Shown one piece after another: positions 9,042-18,626 of a DNA stretch of 32,000 nt. This DNA is from Desulfobulbus propionicus DSM 2032 (lineage in GTDB: Bacteria > Desulfobacterota > Desulfobulbia > Desulfobulbales > Desulfobulbaceae), in assembly GCF_000186885.1 (NCBI RefSeq), contig NC_014972.1:1920001-1952000 (forward strand). Direction: 5' to 3'. Each line of letters starts with the position of its first letter. The first letter of the stretch is position 1. The position numbers were made by a program, and so were the translations under genes. The notes under the pieces were generated by a model, which made no database searches, was not told the DNA's origin, and was given only the letters and a program-made list of their open reading frames with translations.

Positions 9042-9070
9042 ATTACAATGTAACGGTCGTTACAATTCAA
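9042..9070 (-). promoter_or_regulatory. Candidate sigma70 promoter with an operator palindrome in the spacer (cargo operon)
   Basis: On the minus strand: TTGAAT (9070-9065), a 17-bp spacer, then TGTAAT (9047-9042). The spacer contains the perfect palindrome TGTAACG-AC-CGTTACA (9064-9049) and direct ATTGTAA repeats. Confidence 0.45.
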
Positions 9071-9102
9071 CAGAAATAATAAGGGTTGAGGCTGCGAGAT
9101 AG

Positions 9103-10667
<1,565 letters not shown>

Positions 10668-10707
10668 TTAAAATTGCTCGAAGTTCAGTTTTGATGGGGA
10701 GGGAATC

Positions 10708-13700
10708 ATGCCCGTCGATTTTTTAACCTCGGAACAGAAAGCCTGCTACGGCCAATTTTCTGGGGAACCTAACGAAGTGCAGCTGGCCCGATATTTTCAC
10801 CTGGATGAAGCTGACCTTGCTTTTATCAATAACCGGCGTGGTGATCAAAACCGTTTTGGTGTCGCCTTACAGGTGGGCTGTGTTCGATTTCTAGGAACCT
10901 TCCTCTTCGACCTGTCACGGGTACCTGTCAACGCGCAATGGTTCATTGCCCGACAGCTTGATATCACTGATGTTGGGATACTGTCTAAATATGCTCAAAG
11001 GGAGACCACGCGAAGAGAGCATACTGCTCTCATCCGCAATCAGTATCAATACCGAGAATTCACATGGCCCTGGTCGTTCCGGCTGAACCGCTTACTCTAT
11101 ACACGCAGTTGGATCAGTAACGAGAGACCAAGCCTACTGTTTGACCTGGCCACTGGATGGTTGACTCAAAATAAGATCCTTCTGCCCGGTGCTTCCACAT
11201 TGACACGTTTGATTTCAGAGGTGCGCGAACGAGCTACCAATCGTTTATGGCAACGATTATCGGCGTTGCCTGCCCCAACGCAAATTGCCAAGCTAGAGAC
11301 GTTGTTTCAGATCCCGGAAGGGTCAAGAACTTCTCGTTTTGATCGCTTCCGCAAGGGGCCGGTGACAATCAGTGGTCCCGCCTTCAATGAGGCAGTTGAC
11401 CGTTATCAGGAGCTGAAGACCTTCGGCATGCATGAGCTCGATTTCACAGGTATCCCGCCGGTACGCTTTAAGAACATAGCCCGTCACGCTGGTATGATCT
11501 CTATGCACAAAATCGCTCGCATGCCGGAGAGTAAGCGTACTGCTATTCTGGTTGCCTTCGCCAGAGCGTATGTGACCATCGCCTTCGATGAAGCCCTGGA
11601 CGTGCTGGATTTACTGATTACCGAGATCGCCGGTGAGGCTAAAAAGCTGGGCCAGAAGAAACGGCTACGTACATTGAAGGATTTAGATAAATCTGCGCTG
11701 GCGCTGGCAGAGGTTTGTGCTCTGATACTCAACGAAAGCATGCAGGATGAACTGCTGAGGCCGACTATCTTTGCCAAAATGCCACCTGAAAGACTGGCGG
11801 AATCCATTGCCACTGTCCATGACCTGGCTCGGCCCTACGACGATAACTTCCAAGATGAAATGGTGGAGCAGTATGGCCGGGTCAGGCGTTTCTTGCCGAG
11901 ATTATTGCATGTTATCAAATTTAAAGCAGCTCCTGCGGGGAAATCAACTCTTGAAGCCCATCAGTATTTGGCCGGGTTATTGGAATCACGCAAACAGTTA
12001 TTGGATGAGGCCCCACTGGACATTGTTTCTAATTCCTGGAAACGCATGGTGTTTGATAAAGAAGGGAGAGTAACCAAACGAGGTTATACGCTGTGTTTTC
12101 TTGATAAGTTGCAAGACAGCCTGCGCCGCCGGGACGTCTATGTCGAAAATAGTGATCGTTGGGGTGATCCACGTGCCAAACTACTACAGGGCCAGGAATG
12201 GCAAGCTAACCGAATTCAGGTGTGTCGGTCACTTGGTCATCCTCTGAATCCCCAAGAGGCCATTGATGCTCTGGTGCGCCAACTGGATGATACGTATAAA
12301 CAGGTAGCCAGCAGATTTGATGACAATGCGGTTGAGCTCGACCTGTCCGGCAAACGGCCAACGTTGACGATTACACACTTTGATAAATTGGATGACCCCG
12401 CCAGCCTAACTATCCTCTCACAACAAATTGAGGCCTTGGTTCCCAACGTGGATCTTACAGAGCTGCTACTGGAAATCCATACTCACACCGGCTTCGCTGA
12501 CGAATTTACTCATGTCAGTGAAGCCAATGCTCGCGTCGATGACCTGACTGTCAGCATCTGCGCAGTACTATTGGCGGAGGCTTGCAACATAGGGTTGGAA
12601 CCACTGATCAAGCACCATGTGCCCGCATTGACTCGACACCGTCTGAACTGGGTCAAACAGAATTACCTGCGTGCCGAAACATTGGTAAAGGCAAACGCCA
12701 AACTGGTGGACTATCAATCTACTTTATATCTAGCCAGGAAATGGGGTGGTGGCGAGGTCGCTTCCGCCGACGGAATGCGGTTTGTCACACCGGTCCGCAC
12801 TATTAATGCCGGGCCAAATCGAAAATACTTCGGCTCTAGCCGGGGCATTACCTGGTACAACTTTATCTCTGATCAATTCTCAGGGTTTCATGGTATTGTT
12901 ATCCCTGGAACATTGCGCGATTCCATCTTTGTGCTTGAGGGATTGCTGGAGCAGCAGACCGGTCTGAACCCGGTGGAAATTATGACCGATACCGCCGGTG
13001 CAAGCGATATGGTATTCGGTTTGTTCTGGTTACTTGGTTATCAATTCTCACCGCGCCTTGCTGACGCTGGCGAATCCGTATTCTGGCGCGTGGACAAGAA
13101 TGCCGACTATGGCGTATTAGATGACCTAGCACGTAGTTGCGTCAATACACACAAGATCGAGCAGCATTGGGACGACATGATGCGTATTGCCGGTTCACTC
13201 AAACTTGGTACCGTGCAGGCATCCGAGTTGATCCGATCTCTACTGAAAAGTGATCGTCCTTCCAGCCTGGCGCAAGCCATTATTGAAGCGGGTCGGATCA
13301 ACAAAACTTTGTATCTGCTAAATTACGTGGATGATGAGGACTACCGTCGCCGGATTCTGACGCAGTTGAATCGCGGCGAAGGCCGTCATGCCGTCGCACG
13401 GGCTATTTGTCACGGTCAGCGGGGCGAAATTCGCAAACGGTACCGGGAAGGTCAGGAAGATCAACTTGGCACGCTTGGCTTGGTGACCAACGCTCTGGTG
13501 TTGTGGAATACAATTTATATGCAGGCCGCCCTTGATCATCTAAAAGAACAGGGGAAGGATGTGAAAGAAGAGGATGAAGCCAGATTATCCCCTCTCAGCC
13601 ATAAACATGTGAATATGCTCGGCCATTACTCGTTTACCTTGGCGGAACAAGTACTGAAGGGCCAACTCAGGCCGTTAAAGCAGCCATCTGAACTGGACGG

Positions 13701-13710
13701 ATGGTCTTAG
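10708..13710 (+). CDS. tnpA: Tn3-family DDE transposase TnpA
   Basis: 1000-aa ORF. N-terminus MPVDFLTSEQKACYGQF...RGDQNRFGVALQVGCVRFLG is typical of the Tn3 TnpA DUF4158 region, and a Tn3-type DDE region follows. GGGGAGGG Shine-Dalgarno. The TAG stop (13708-13710) lies inside IR-R, as in Tn3. Confidence 0.95.
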   Translation: MPVDFLTSEQKACYGQFSGEPNEVQLARYFHLDEADLAFINNRRGDQNRFGVALQVGCVRFLGTFLFDLSRVPVNAQWFIARQLDITDVGILSKYAQRETTRREHTALIRNQYQYREFTWPWSFRLNRLLYTRSWISNERPSLLFDLATGWLTQNKILLPGASTLTRLISEVRERATNRLWQRLSALPAPTQIAKLETLFQIPEGSRTSRFDRFRKGPVTISGPAFNEAVDRYQELKTFGMHELDFTGIPPVRFKNIARHAGMISMHKIARMPESKRTAILVAFARAYVTIAFDEALDVLDLLITEIAGEAKKLGQKKRLRTLKDLDKSALALAEVCALILNESMQDELLRPTIFAKMPPERLAESIATVHDLARPYDDNFQDEMVEQYGRVRRFLPRLLHVIKFKAAPAGKSTLEAHQYLAGLLESRKQLLDEAPLDIVSNSWKRMVFDKEGRVTKRGYTLCFLDKLQDSLRRRDVYVENSDRWGDPRAKLLQGQEWQANRIQVCRSLGHPLNPQEAIDALVRQLDDTYKQVASRFDDNAVELDLSGKRPTLTITHFDKLDDPASLTILSQQIEALVPNVDLTELLLEIHTHTGFADEFTHVSEANARVDDLTVSICAVLLAEACNIGLEPLIKHHVPALTRHRLNWVKQNYLRAETLVKANAKLVDYQSTLYLARKWGGGEVASADGMRFVTPVRTINAGPNRKYFGSSRGITWYNFISDQFSGFHGIVIPGTLRDSIFVLEGLLEQQTGLNPVEIMTDTAGASDMVFGLFWLLGYQFSPRLADAGESVFWRVDKNADYGVLDDLARSCVNTHKIEQHWDDMMRIAGSLKLGTVQASELIRSLLKSDRPSSLAQAIIEAGRINKTLYLLNYVDDEDYRRRILTQLNRGEGRHAVARAICHGQRGEIRKRYREGQEDQLGTLGLVTNALVLWNTIYMQAALDHLKEQGKDVKEEDEARLSPLSHKHVNMLGHYSFTLAEQVLKGQLRPLKQPSELDGWS

Positions 13711-13743
13711 CGTACGTTTTCGTTCCATTGGACTTCAAACCCC
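13706..13743. repeat. IR-R, 38-bp terminal inverted repeat
   Basis: The reverse complement, GGGGTTTGAAGTCCAATGGAACGAAAACGTACGCTAAG, differs from IR-L at 2 of 38 positions. Confidence 0.93.
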
Positions 13744-13748
13744 CTAGA
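13744..13748. repeat. Right copy of the 5-bp target-site duplication CTAGA
   Basis: CTAGA immediately outside IR-R, identical to 4486-4490. Confidence 0.9.
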
Positions 13749-13752
13749 CGCC

Positions 13753-13953
13753 TCAGGAGCCACCGTAGCCCACGGTCACCTTGCCGTCGATGACAAGCAC
13801 CGGCACCCTGCGCTGCCCCAGGCTGTGTTGCAGCATTTCCTCCATGCGGCGAGGTTCCGCCTTGACGTCATGATAGATATGATCGGGATGCGCCGCCCGG
13901 GCGCTGGTGGTGTAGGGTCAACCATGTTTTCCATAGATGATGCTCTGGCTCAT
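13753..13953 (-). CDS. Glutaredoxin-like small redox protein with in-frame UGA (putative selenocysteine, U-P-Y-T motif)
   Basis: Hand translation of the minus strand: MSQSIIYGKHG-[TGA 13920-13918]-PYTTSARAAHPDHIYHDVKAEPRRMEEMLQHSLGQRRVPVLVIDGKVTVGYGGS*. The TGA sits exactly where Grx/NrdH proteins have the first Cys of CPYC. The C-terminal GQRRVPVLVIDGKVTVGY is the Grx pattern. GGAGGA Shine-Dalgarno 5 nt before the ATG. Not in the ORF track because of the TGA. Confidence 0.7.
13890..13904 (-). other. Candidate bacterial SECIS hairpin
   Basis: On the mRNA, 13 nt after the UGA: GCGCC-CGGGC-GGCGC, a 5-bp GC stem with a G-containing apical loop. The loop starts 19 nt after the UGA, within the commonly cited spacing range. 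The stem is short, so the call is tentative. Confidence 0.4.
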
Positions 13954-14279
13954 GCTGGTCCTCCATCGGTTGCAATTGCATGCTGCGGAACGCGACATAC
14001 CACAATGTTCATCGAGTCTGAGTGGGCGTGCTTGCCGTCGCCCTCGTGATCTGCGGTGAACCTTTCTTCTTATTCCACTCAAGGGAAGTATTTACAATTG
14101 CAAAAATGACGCGAAAGAGAATGCACACCAAACACGTGATCCATCCAGTTGAAATATATATAATTTTATATTGACAGCACGCCATGGCCGGACGGAAAAA
14201 GACAGCCGCAAGACGATGAGCTCCGACAAAAGATTCCGCAACAGGTTCGGAGTGTGATATAAAATATATCCAAAACCCG

Positions 14280-15725
14280 ATGGCTCACTCACCTCTATTC
14301 AGCGGCATGGCTACGATTCTCATCGTCGATGACGATTTTATTCTCAACGGACTGATTGAAAAGCATCTCAAGCGGGCCGGCCATCAAACCGAACCTGCCC
14401 TGACGGTTGCGCAAGGACTGGCATTGGCCCGCTCCGGCAACTTCGATCTCATCCTTCTCGATGTGCAACTGCCGGACGGCAACAGTCTGGATTTCTTTTC
14501 CGCGTTCTCCGAGGTCGCCTCAGCCCCGGAAATCATCATCATGACCGGCAGCGGTGACCCGGATGGCGCCAAGAAAGCCATTCAATTCGGCGCATGGGGG
14601 TACCTGGAAAAACCCCATGCGGTCCGCGATCTGCTTTTGCCGGTGACCCGGGCCCTGCAGTTTCGAGCCGAAAAGAAAAAAATTGGCGTGTTGCCCGTTG
14701 CCCTCAAAAGAGAAGCCATCATCGGCAGCAGTGCATCGTTGACGGGATGTCTCGATTTCGTCGCCAAGGCGGCGATCGGTGATGCGAGCGTGCTCCTCAC
14801 GGGAGAAACGGGCACCGGCAAGGAAGTCTTTGCCCGGGCCATCCATGACAACTCGCCCAGGGCCTCGCATCCCTTTGTTGTGGTCGACTGCGCGGCCCTG
14901 CCGGAAAATCTGATTGAAAGCACCTTGTTCGGCCATGTCAAGGGATCGTTCACCGGCGCGGAGCGGACAACGAGCGGCTTGGTCAAAATGGCCCACGGCG
15001 GCACCCTGTTTCTGGATGAGGTCGGGGAAATGCCGTTGAGAATCCAGAAAACCTTCCTGCGTGTCCTGCAGGAGCATCGGTTTCGACCCGTTGGCGATTC
15101 CAAGGAGGAATACAGCAACTTTCGCCTCATCGCGGCCACCAACCGCGATCTGGATTCTGCGGTGGACAACGGGGCGTTCCGTGCGGATCTGCTTTTTCGT
15201 TTGCGCTCGCTGGCCCTTCACTTACCGCCGCTGCGAGAGCGGAAACAGGATATCCGCGAATTGACCCTGCATTTTCTCAAGCGCCTGTGCGTGCTCCACA
15301 AGGTGAGCAGCAAAGGCATCGATGACGAGCTCATCGAGTATCTCCTGGCCCACGATTGGCCCGGCAATGTCAGGGAGTTGCAACAGACCATCGAACAGGT
15401 GTTCGTCAACGCCCTCCATTATCCCACCTTGTATGCCTTTCATCTGCCAGAGCATTTTCGCGTACGCAAGACGCTCGCCAGCATGACAATGGCGCCAGCC
15501 GCCGCTCCTCATGCCACGGACATCGATTCCCGGCCGCTTGCTGGCCCGCCGCCCTCGTGGAAAGACCACAAGACGGCTTCGGAATGTCGATACCTCAAAC
15601 ACCTGCTCGCCTTCACCCGGGGGGATGTCCGGGAGGCGTGCCGTGTCTCTGGCCTCTCCCGCTCCAGGTTGTACCAATTGATCAACCAATACAACCTGAC
15701 AAGTCCAGAACGCTCCTCGCCTTGA
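14280..15725 (+). CDS. Sigma54-dependent response regulator (NtrC family: REC, AAA+, Fis-type HTH)
   Basis: Receiver (ILIVDDD...LILLDVQLPDGNS). AAA+ domain with Walker A GETGTGKEVFARAIH, GSFTGA (a GAFTGA variant) and GAFRADLLFRL. C-terminal HTH (REACRVSGLSRSRLYQLI). The start may instead be the ATG at 14307 (MATILIV). Confidence 0.9.
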   Translation: MAHSPLFSGMATILIVDDDFILNGLIEKHLKRAGHQTEPALTVAQGLALARSGNFDLILLDVQLPDGNSLDFFSAFSEVASAPEIIIMTGSGDPDGAKKAIQFGAWGYLEKPHAVRDLLLPVTRALQFRAEKKKIGVLPVALKREAIIGSSASLTGCLDFVAKAAIGDASVLLTGETGTGKEVFARAIHDNSPRASHPFVVVDCAALPENLIESTLFGHVKGSFTGAERTTSGLVKMAHGGTLFLDEVGEMPLRIQKTFLRVLQEHRFRPVGDSKEEYSNFRLIAATNRDLDSAVDNGAFRADLLFRLRSLALHLPPLRERKQDIRELTLHFLKRLCVLHKVSSKGIDDELIEYLLAHDWPGNVRELQQTIEQVFVNALHYPTLYAFHLPEHFRVRKTLASMTMAPAAAPHATDIDSRPLAGPPPSWKDHKTASECRYLKHLLAFTRGDVREACRVSGLSRSRLYQLINQYNLTSPERSSP

Positions 15726-15849
15726 GTGCCCCCTCGCCGATCCACAGCCCCGCGCGCCATCTGACACCTTTGCAGTCAACGCTGTGGAAACTTGCTTCCC
15801 TGGGTTCATGCGGAGGGGCGTACGTTTTCGATCCCGCGCGAGAAAAAAT

Positions 15850-18186
15850 TCAACCAGCGGTTCCACGGGACGCGTCAAGCGCATGGCGCACCGCGCGCAG
15901 CAGGTCTCTTGGAGAAACCGGCTTGAACAGAATCTCGACGTGCATGTCGAGCAACTCCCGTTGCTGGATGTTTTCCGGTGCATAGCCACTGATAAAGATC
16001 CCTTTGATGGCGGGCTGCAGGTGTTGAATGGCCTCATACGCCTGCTTGCCGTTCATCTTGGGCATGACCAGATCAAACAGCAGCAGGTCGATTGCCTCCT
16101 TGTGTTCCGTGAAGACACGAACCGCTTCTTCCCCATCCGTTGCCTCGATGACCCCATAGCCGTTTTTTTTCAGGACGGTCGCATACAATTCCCGCACGGT
16201 CGGCTCGTCCTCGGCGAGCAGAATGGTTTCCCGGCCGCCACGCGGTTGTTCTAGGCCGATGGTGTCACGGTGGTCGTGCGGATCGGCGGCGAGCAAGGGG
16301 AGGTAAACCGTCAGGACCGTGCATTTCCCCGGCGTGCTCGTCACCTCGATATGCCCTTGATGCTGCTTGATGATCCCATAGACAACCGCCAGACCGAGCC
16401 CGGTGCCCTTGCCCATTTCCTTGGTGGTGAAAAAGGGATCGAATATCTTGGCCACGGTCTGCGGGTTCATGCCCTTGCCGGTATCGGCCACGGTGATGCG
16501 GGCATACGGTCCAGGGATGCCAAACCCGTGAAGGTCGATGAAATCCTGGTCGATCCTGATCCGTTCGGTGGTGATGGAAAACACTCCGCCTCCAGGCATG
16601 GCGTCCCGGGCATTGGTGGCGAAATTCATCAGTACCTGATCCATCTGATGACTGTCGGCGTGGATGACCAGCGACTCCTTGGCCAGATGGGTCTGGCAGA
16701 GAATGTCCTCGCCAATGATCCTGCGGATGAATTTCTCGATGCGGCCAATGATCTGATTGATATCGACCGCCTCCTTTTGGCTGACCTGCTTGCGGCTGAA
16801 CAGCAGCAGATCCTTGGTGAGGTGCGAGGCCCGCATGCCTGCCTCGATCATGGTTTGCACGCTTTTTCTCGCCGGATGGTCCTCGGCCATGTCCTCCAGC
16901 GCCAGATCCCCATAGCCGAGGATCGCGGACAGGATATTGTTGAAATCATGGGCAATGCCGCCGGCCAGGGTGCCGATGGACTCCATCTTCTGCGCCTGGC
17001 GGAACTGTTCCTCCAATTTTCGGTGGGCGGTGATATCCCGGGCGATTTCAATGATGCTCCCGATTTCGCCGGCCTGGTTGCGCATGGGAATGGCGCGAAT
17101 TTCAAACTCCTGGCCGTTGTGTGCCGGTGAAAGAAAGCCGATCTCGTTGCACTCCGTTGACGCGCAACGCACAATCGGGCAATCGGTGCATTGCTCCGGC
17201 CGGCTCCAGAAGACCTCGTGGCAGTGTCTGCCCTGATAGGAACGGCTATCTTCCGCCAGCTTGAACATTTGCCGAGCGGCCCTGTTCACCCACAGGATGC
17301 GATAGTCGTTGGTGAGGTGGACAATGACATCGGGAACATTGTCGAGCAGGGTCTTGTATTCCTGGGACAGGCGCCGATACTCCTCTTCCTGGTTTTTCAG
17401 CAAGACCTCGGCGCGAATCCGATCGGTGATGTCATGGGCAATGCCGAACAGGCCATTCACCTGACCATCATCGGCGAAGGTCGGCCCCTTGGTGGTGAGA
17501 TAGCAACGTATTTCGCCGCCCACATGAAGCACTTCATCTTCAAAAATATTCACCCGCCCGGAAGCCATGATCATCCTGTCCTGTTCGATGATCTTCTGGG
17601 CGGTTGCCGGTGGAAAGACAACGGTATCGTCATGGCCGATCACCTGTTCGGCCATGACGCCGGCAAAACGGGCGGCTGCGGCATTGAACAGCAGATATTT
17701 ACCCTCGCCGTCCTTGACAAACACCGCATCGGCGGTGCCTTCGAGCACCGAGCGCATCAATTGCTCGTTGCGCACCAGCCGCGCTTCCGCCGTCCGCCGT
17801 TTCCGTTTTTCCCCCGCCTCGTTGAGGCAGCGCTCAATGGCCGGAATCAGGCGGAACAATCGATCCTTGAGGACAAAGTCGGCCAAGCCGCTCTTGAACA
17901 GTTCAACCGCCGTCTCCTCGCCGATGCTGCCGGAAATCAGGATCACCGGCACATCGGGCAAGCGATCTTTGATTTTCGCCAGCGATTGGGCGAAATCGAG
18001 CCCCGGTACCTTGTAGTCGGAGAGCACCACGTCCCAGCCTCCGTGTTCGAGGGCTCTGTGCAGGCCGGCTTCCTCCTGCACCCAGTGCAGATCAGTCTCC
18101 AGTCCGCCGGTACGGAGATGCCGCTTGATCAATAAAAAGTCGGCAGCCTCATCCTCGATCATCAATATGTTCAATGTAGGCATCAT
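15850..18186 (-). CDS. Hybrid sensor histidine kinase: REC, PAS x2-3, HisKA, HATPase, REC
   Basis: N-terminal receiver (LNILMIEDEAADFLL...VVLSDYKVPG), PAS regions, H-box [19 protein letters not shown]-boxes (DTGKGM, GTGLGLAVVYG), C-terminal receiver (ILLAEDE...LLLFDLVMPKMNG). The preferred start is the ATG at 18186, in an ATGA overlap with the upstream stop; the track start at 18195 is a GTG. Confidence 0.9.
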   Translation of the reverse strand: MMPTLNILMIEDEAADFLLIKRHLRTGGLETDLHWVQEEAGLHRALEHGGWDVVLSDYKVPGLDFAQSLAKIKDRLPDVPVILISGSIGEETAVELFKSGLADFVLKDRLFRLIPAIERCLNEAGEKRKRRTAEARLVRNEQLMRSVLEGTADAVFVKDGEGKYLLFNAAAARFAGVMAEQVIGHDDTVVFPPATAQKIIEQDRMIMASGRVNIFEDEVLHVGGEIRCYLTTKGPTFADDGQVNGLFGIAHDITDRIRAEVLLKNQEEEYRRLSQEYKTLLDNVPDVIVHLTNDYRILWVNRAARQMFKLAEDSRSYQGRHCHEVFWSRPEQCTDCPIVRCASTECNEIGFLSPAHNGQEFEIRAIPMRNQAGEIGSIIEIARDITAHRKLEEQFRQAQKMESIGTLAGGIAHDFNNILSAILGYGDLALEDMAEDHPARKSVQTMIEAGMRASHLTKDLLLFSRKQVSQKEAVDINQIIGRIEKFIRRIIGEDILCQTHLAKESLVIHADSHQMDQVLMNFATNARDAMPGGGVFSITTERIRIDQDFIDLHGFGIPGPYARITVADTGKGMNPQTVAKIFDPFFTTKEMGKGTGLGLAVVYGIIKQHQGHIEVTSTPGKCTVLTVYLPLLAADPHDHRDTIGLEQPRGGRETILLAEDEPTVRELYATVLKKNGYGVIEATDGEEAVRVFTEHKEAIDLLLFDLVMPKMNGKQAYEAIQHLQPAIKGIFISGYAPENIQQRELLDMHVEILFKPVSPRDLLRAVRHALDASRGTAG

Positions 18187-18626
18187 TTCATCCACGGCGG
18201 TTCATTGATAGCCACCCAGTACACCCCCAACCGGGCCACGGTTTCGGCAAACTCGGAAAAGTTGAGCGGTTTGCGGACAAAGCTGTTGGCGCCGTTCTCG
18301 TAGCTCTTCAACCGATCCTTTTCTTCGTCCGATGAGGTGAGGATGACCACCGGCAGCAGCCGGGTTCGCGCATCGGCGCGGATGATCCGGAGCACCTCCA
18401 GGCCGGAAAGCCTCGGCAGGCTGATGTCCAGCAGGACCACGACCGGTAATTCGCGGCATCCTTCCTGCGCAAATTCGCCCTGGTTGAACAGGTAGTCGAC
18501 GGCCTGCTGGCCGTCACGGACCACGTCGATCCGGTTGGCGATCCGGGCCTTGTGCAATGCCCGCAGAATGAGCATCTCATCCTGCGGGTTATCCTCGACA
18601 AGAAGAAGGGTTTTCTCGTTCATCAT
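18183..18626 (-). CDS. Single-domain response regulator (receiver only)
   Basis: MMNEKTLLLVEDNPQDEMLILRAL...VVLLDISLPRLSGLEVL...VVILTSS...NSFVRKP. The preferred start is the ATG at 18626 or 18623 (ATGATG overlapping the upstream TGA, GGAGG just upstream) rather than the track start at 18665. Confidence 0.9.
   Translation of the reverse strand: MMNEKTLLLVEDNPQDEMLILRALHKARIANRIDVVRDGQQAVDYLFNQGEFAQEGCRELPVVVLLDISLPRLSGLEVLRIIRADARTRLLPVVILTSSDEEKDRLKSYENGANSFVRKPLNFSEFAETVARLGVYWVAINEPPWMK

Noticed and set aside
14092-14292. 66-aa minus-strand ORF, and a 22-codon plus-strand ORF, in the AT-rich gap upstream of the sigma54 regulator.
   Set aside because: No Shine-Dalgarno and no recognisable features. 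The region looks like a divergent promoter/UP-element region, and I could not define convincing -35/-10 boxes either.
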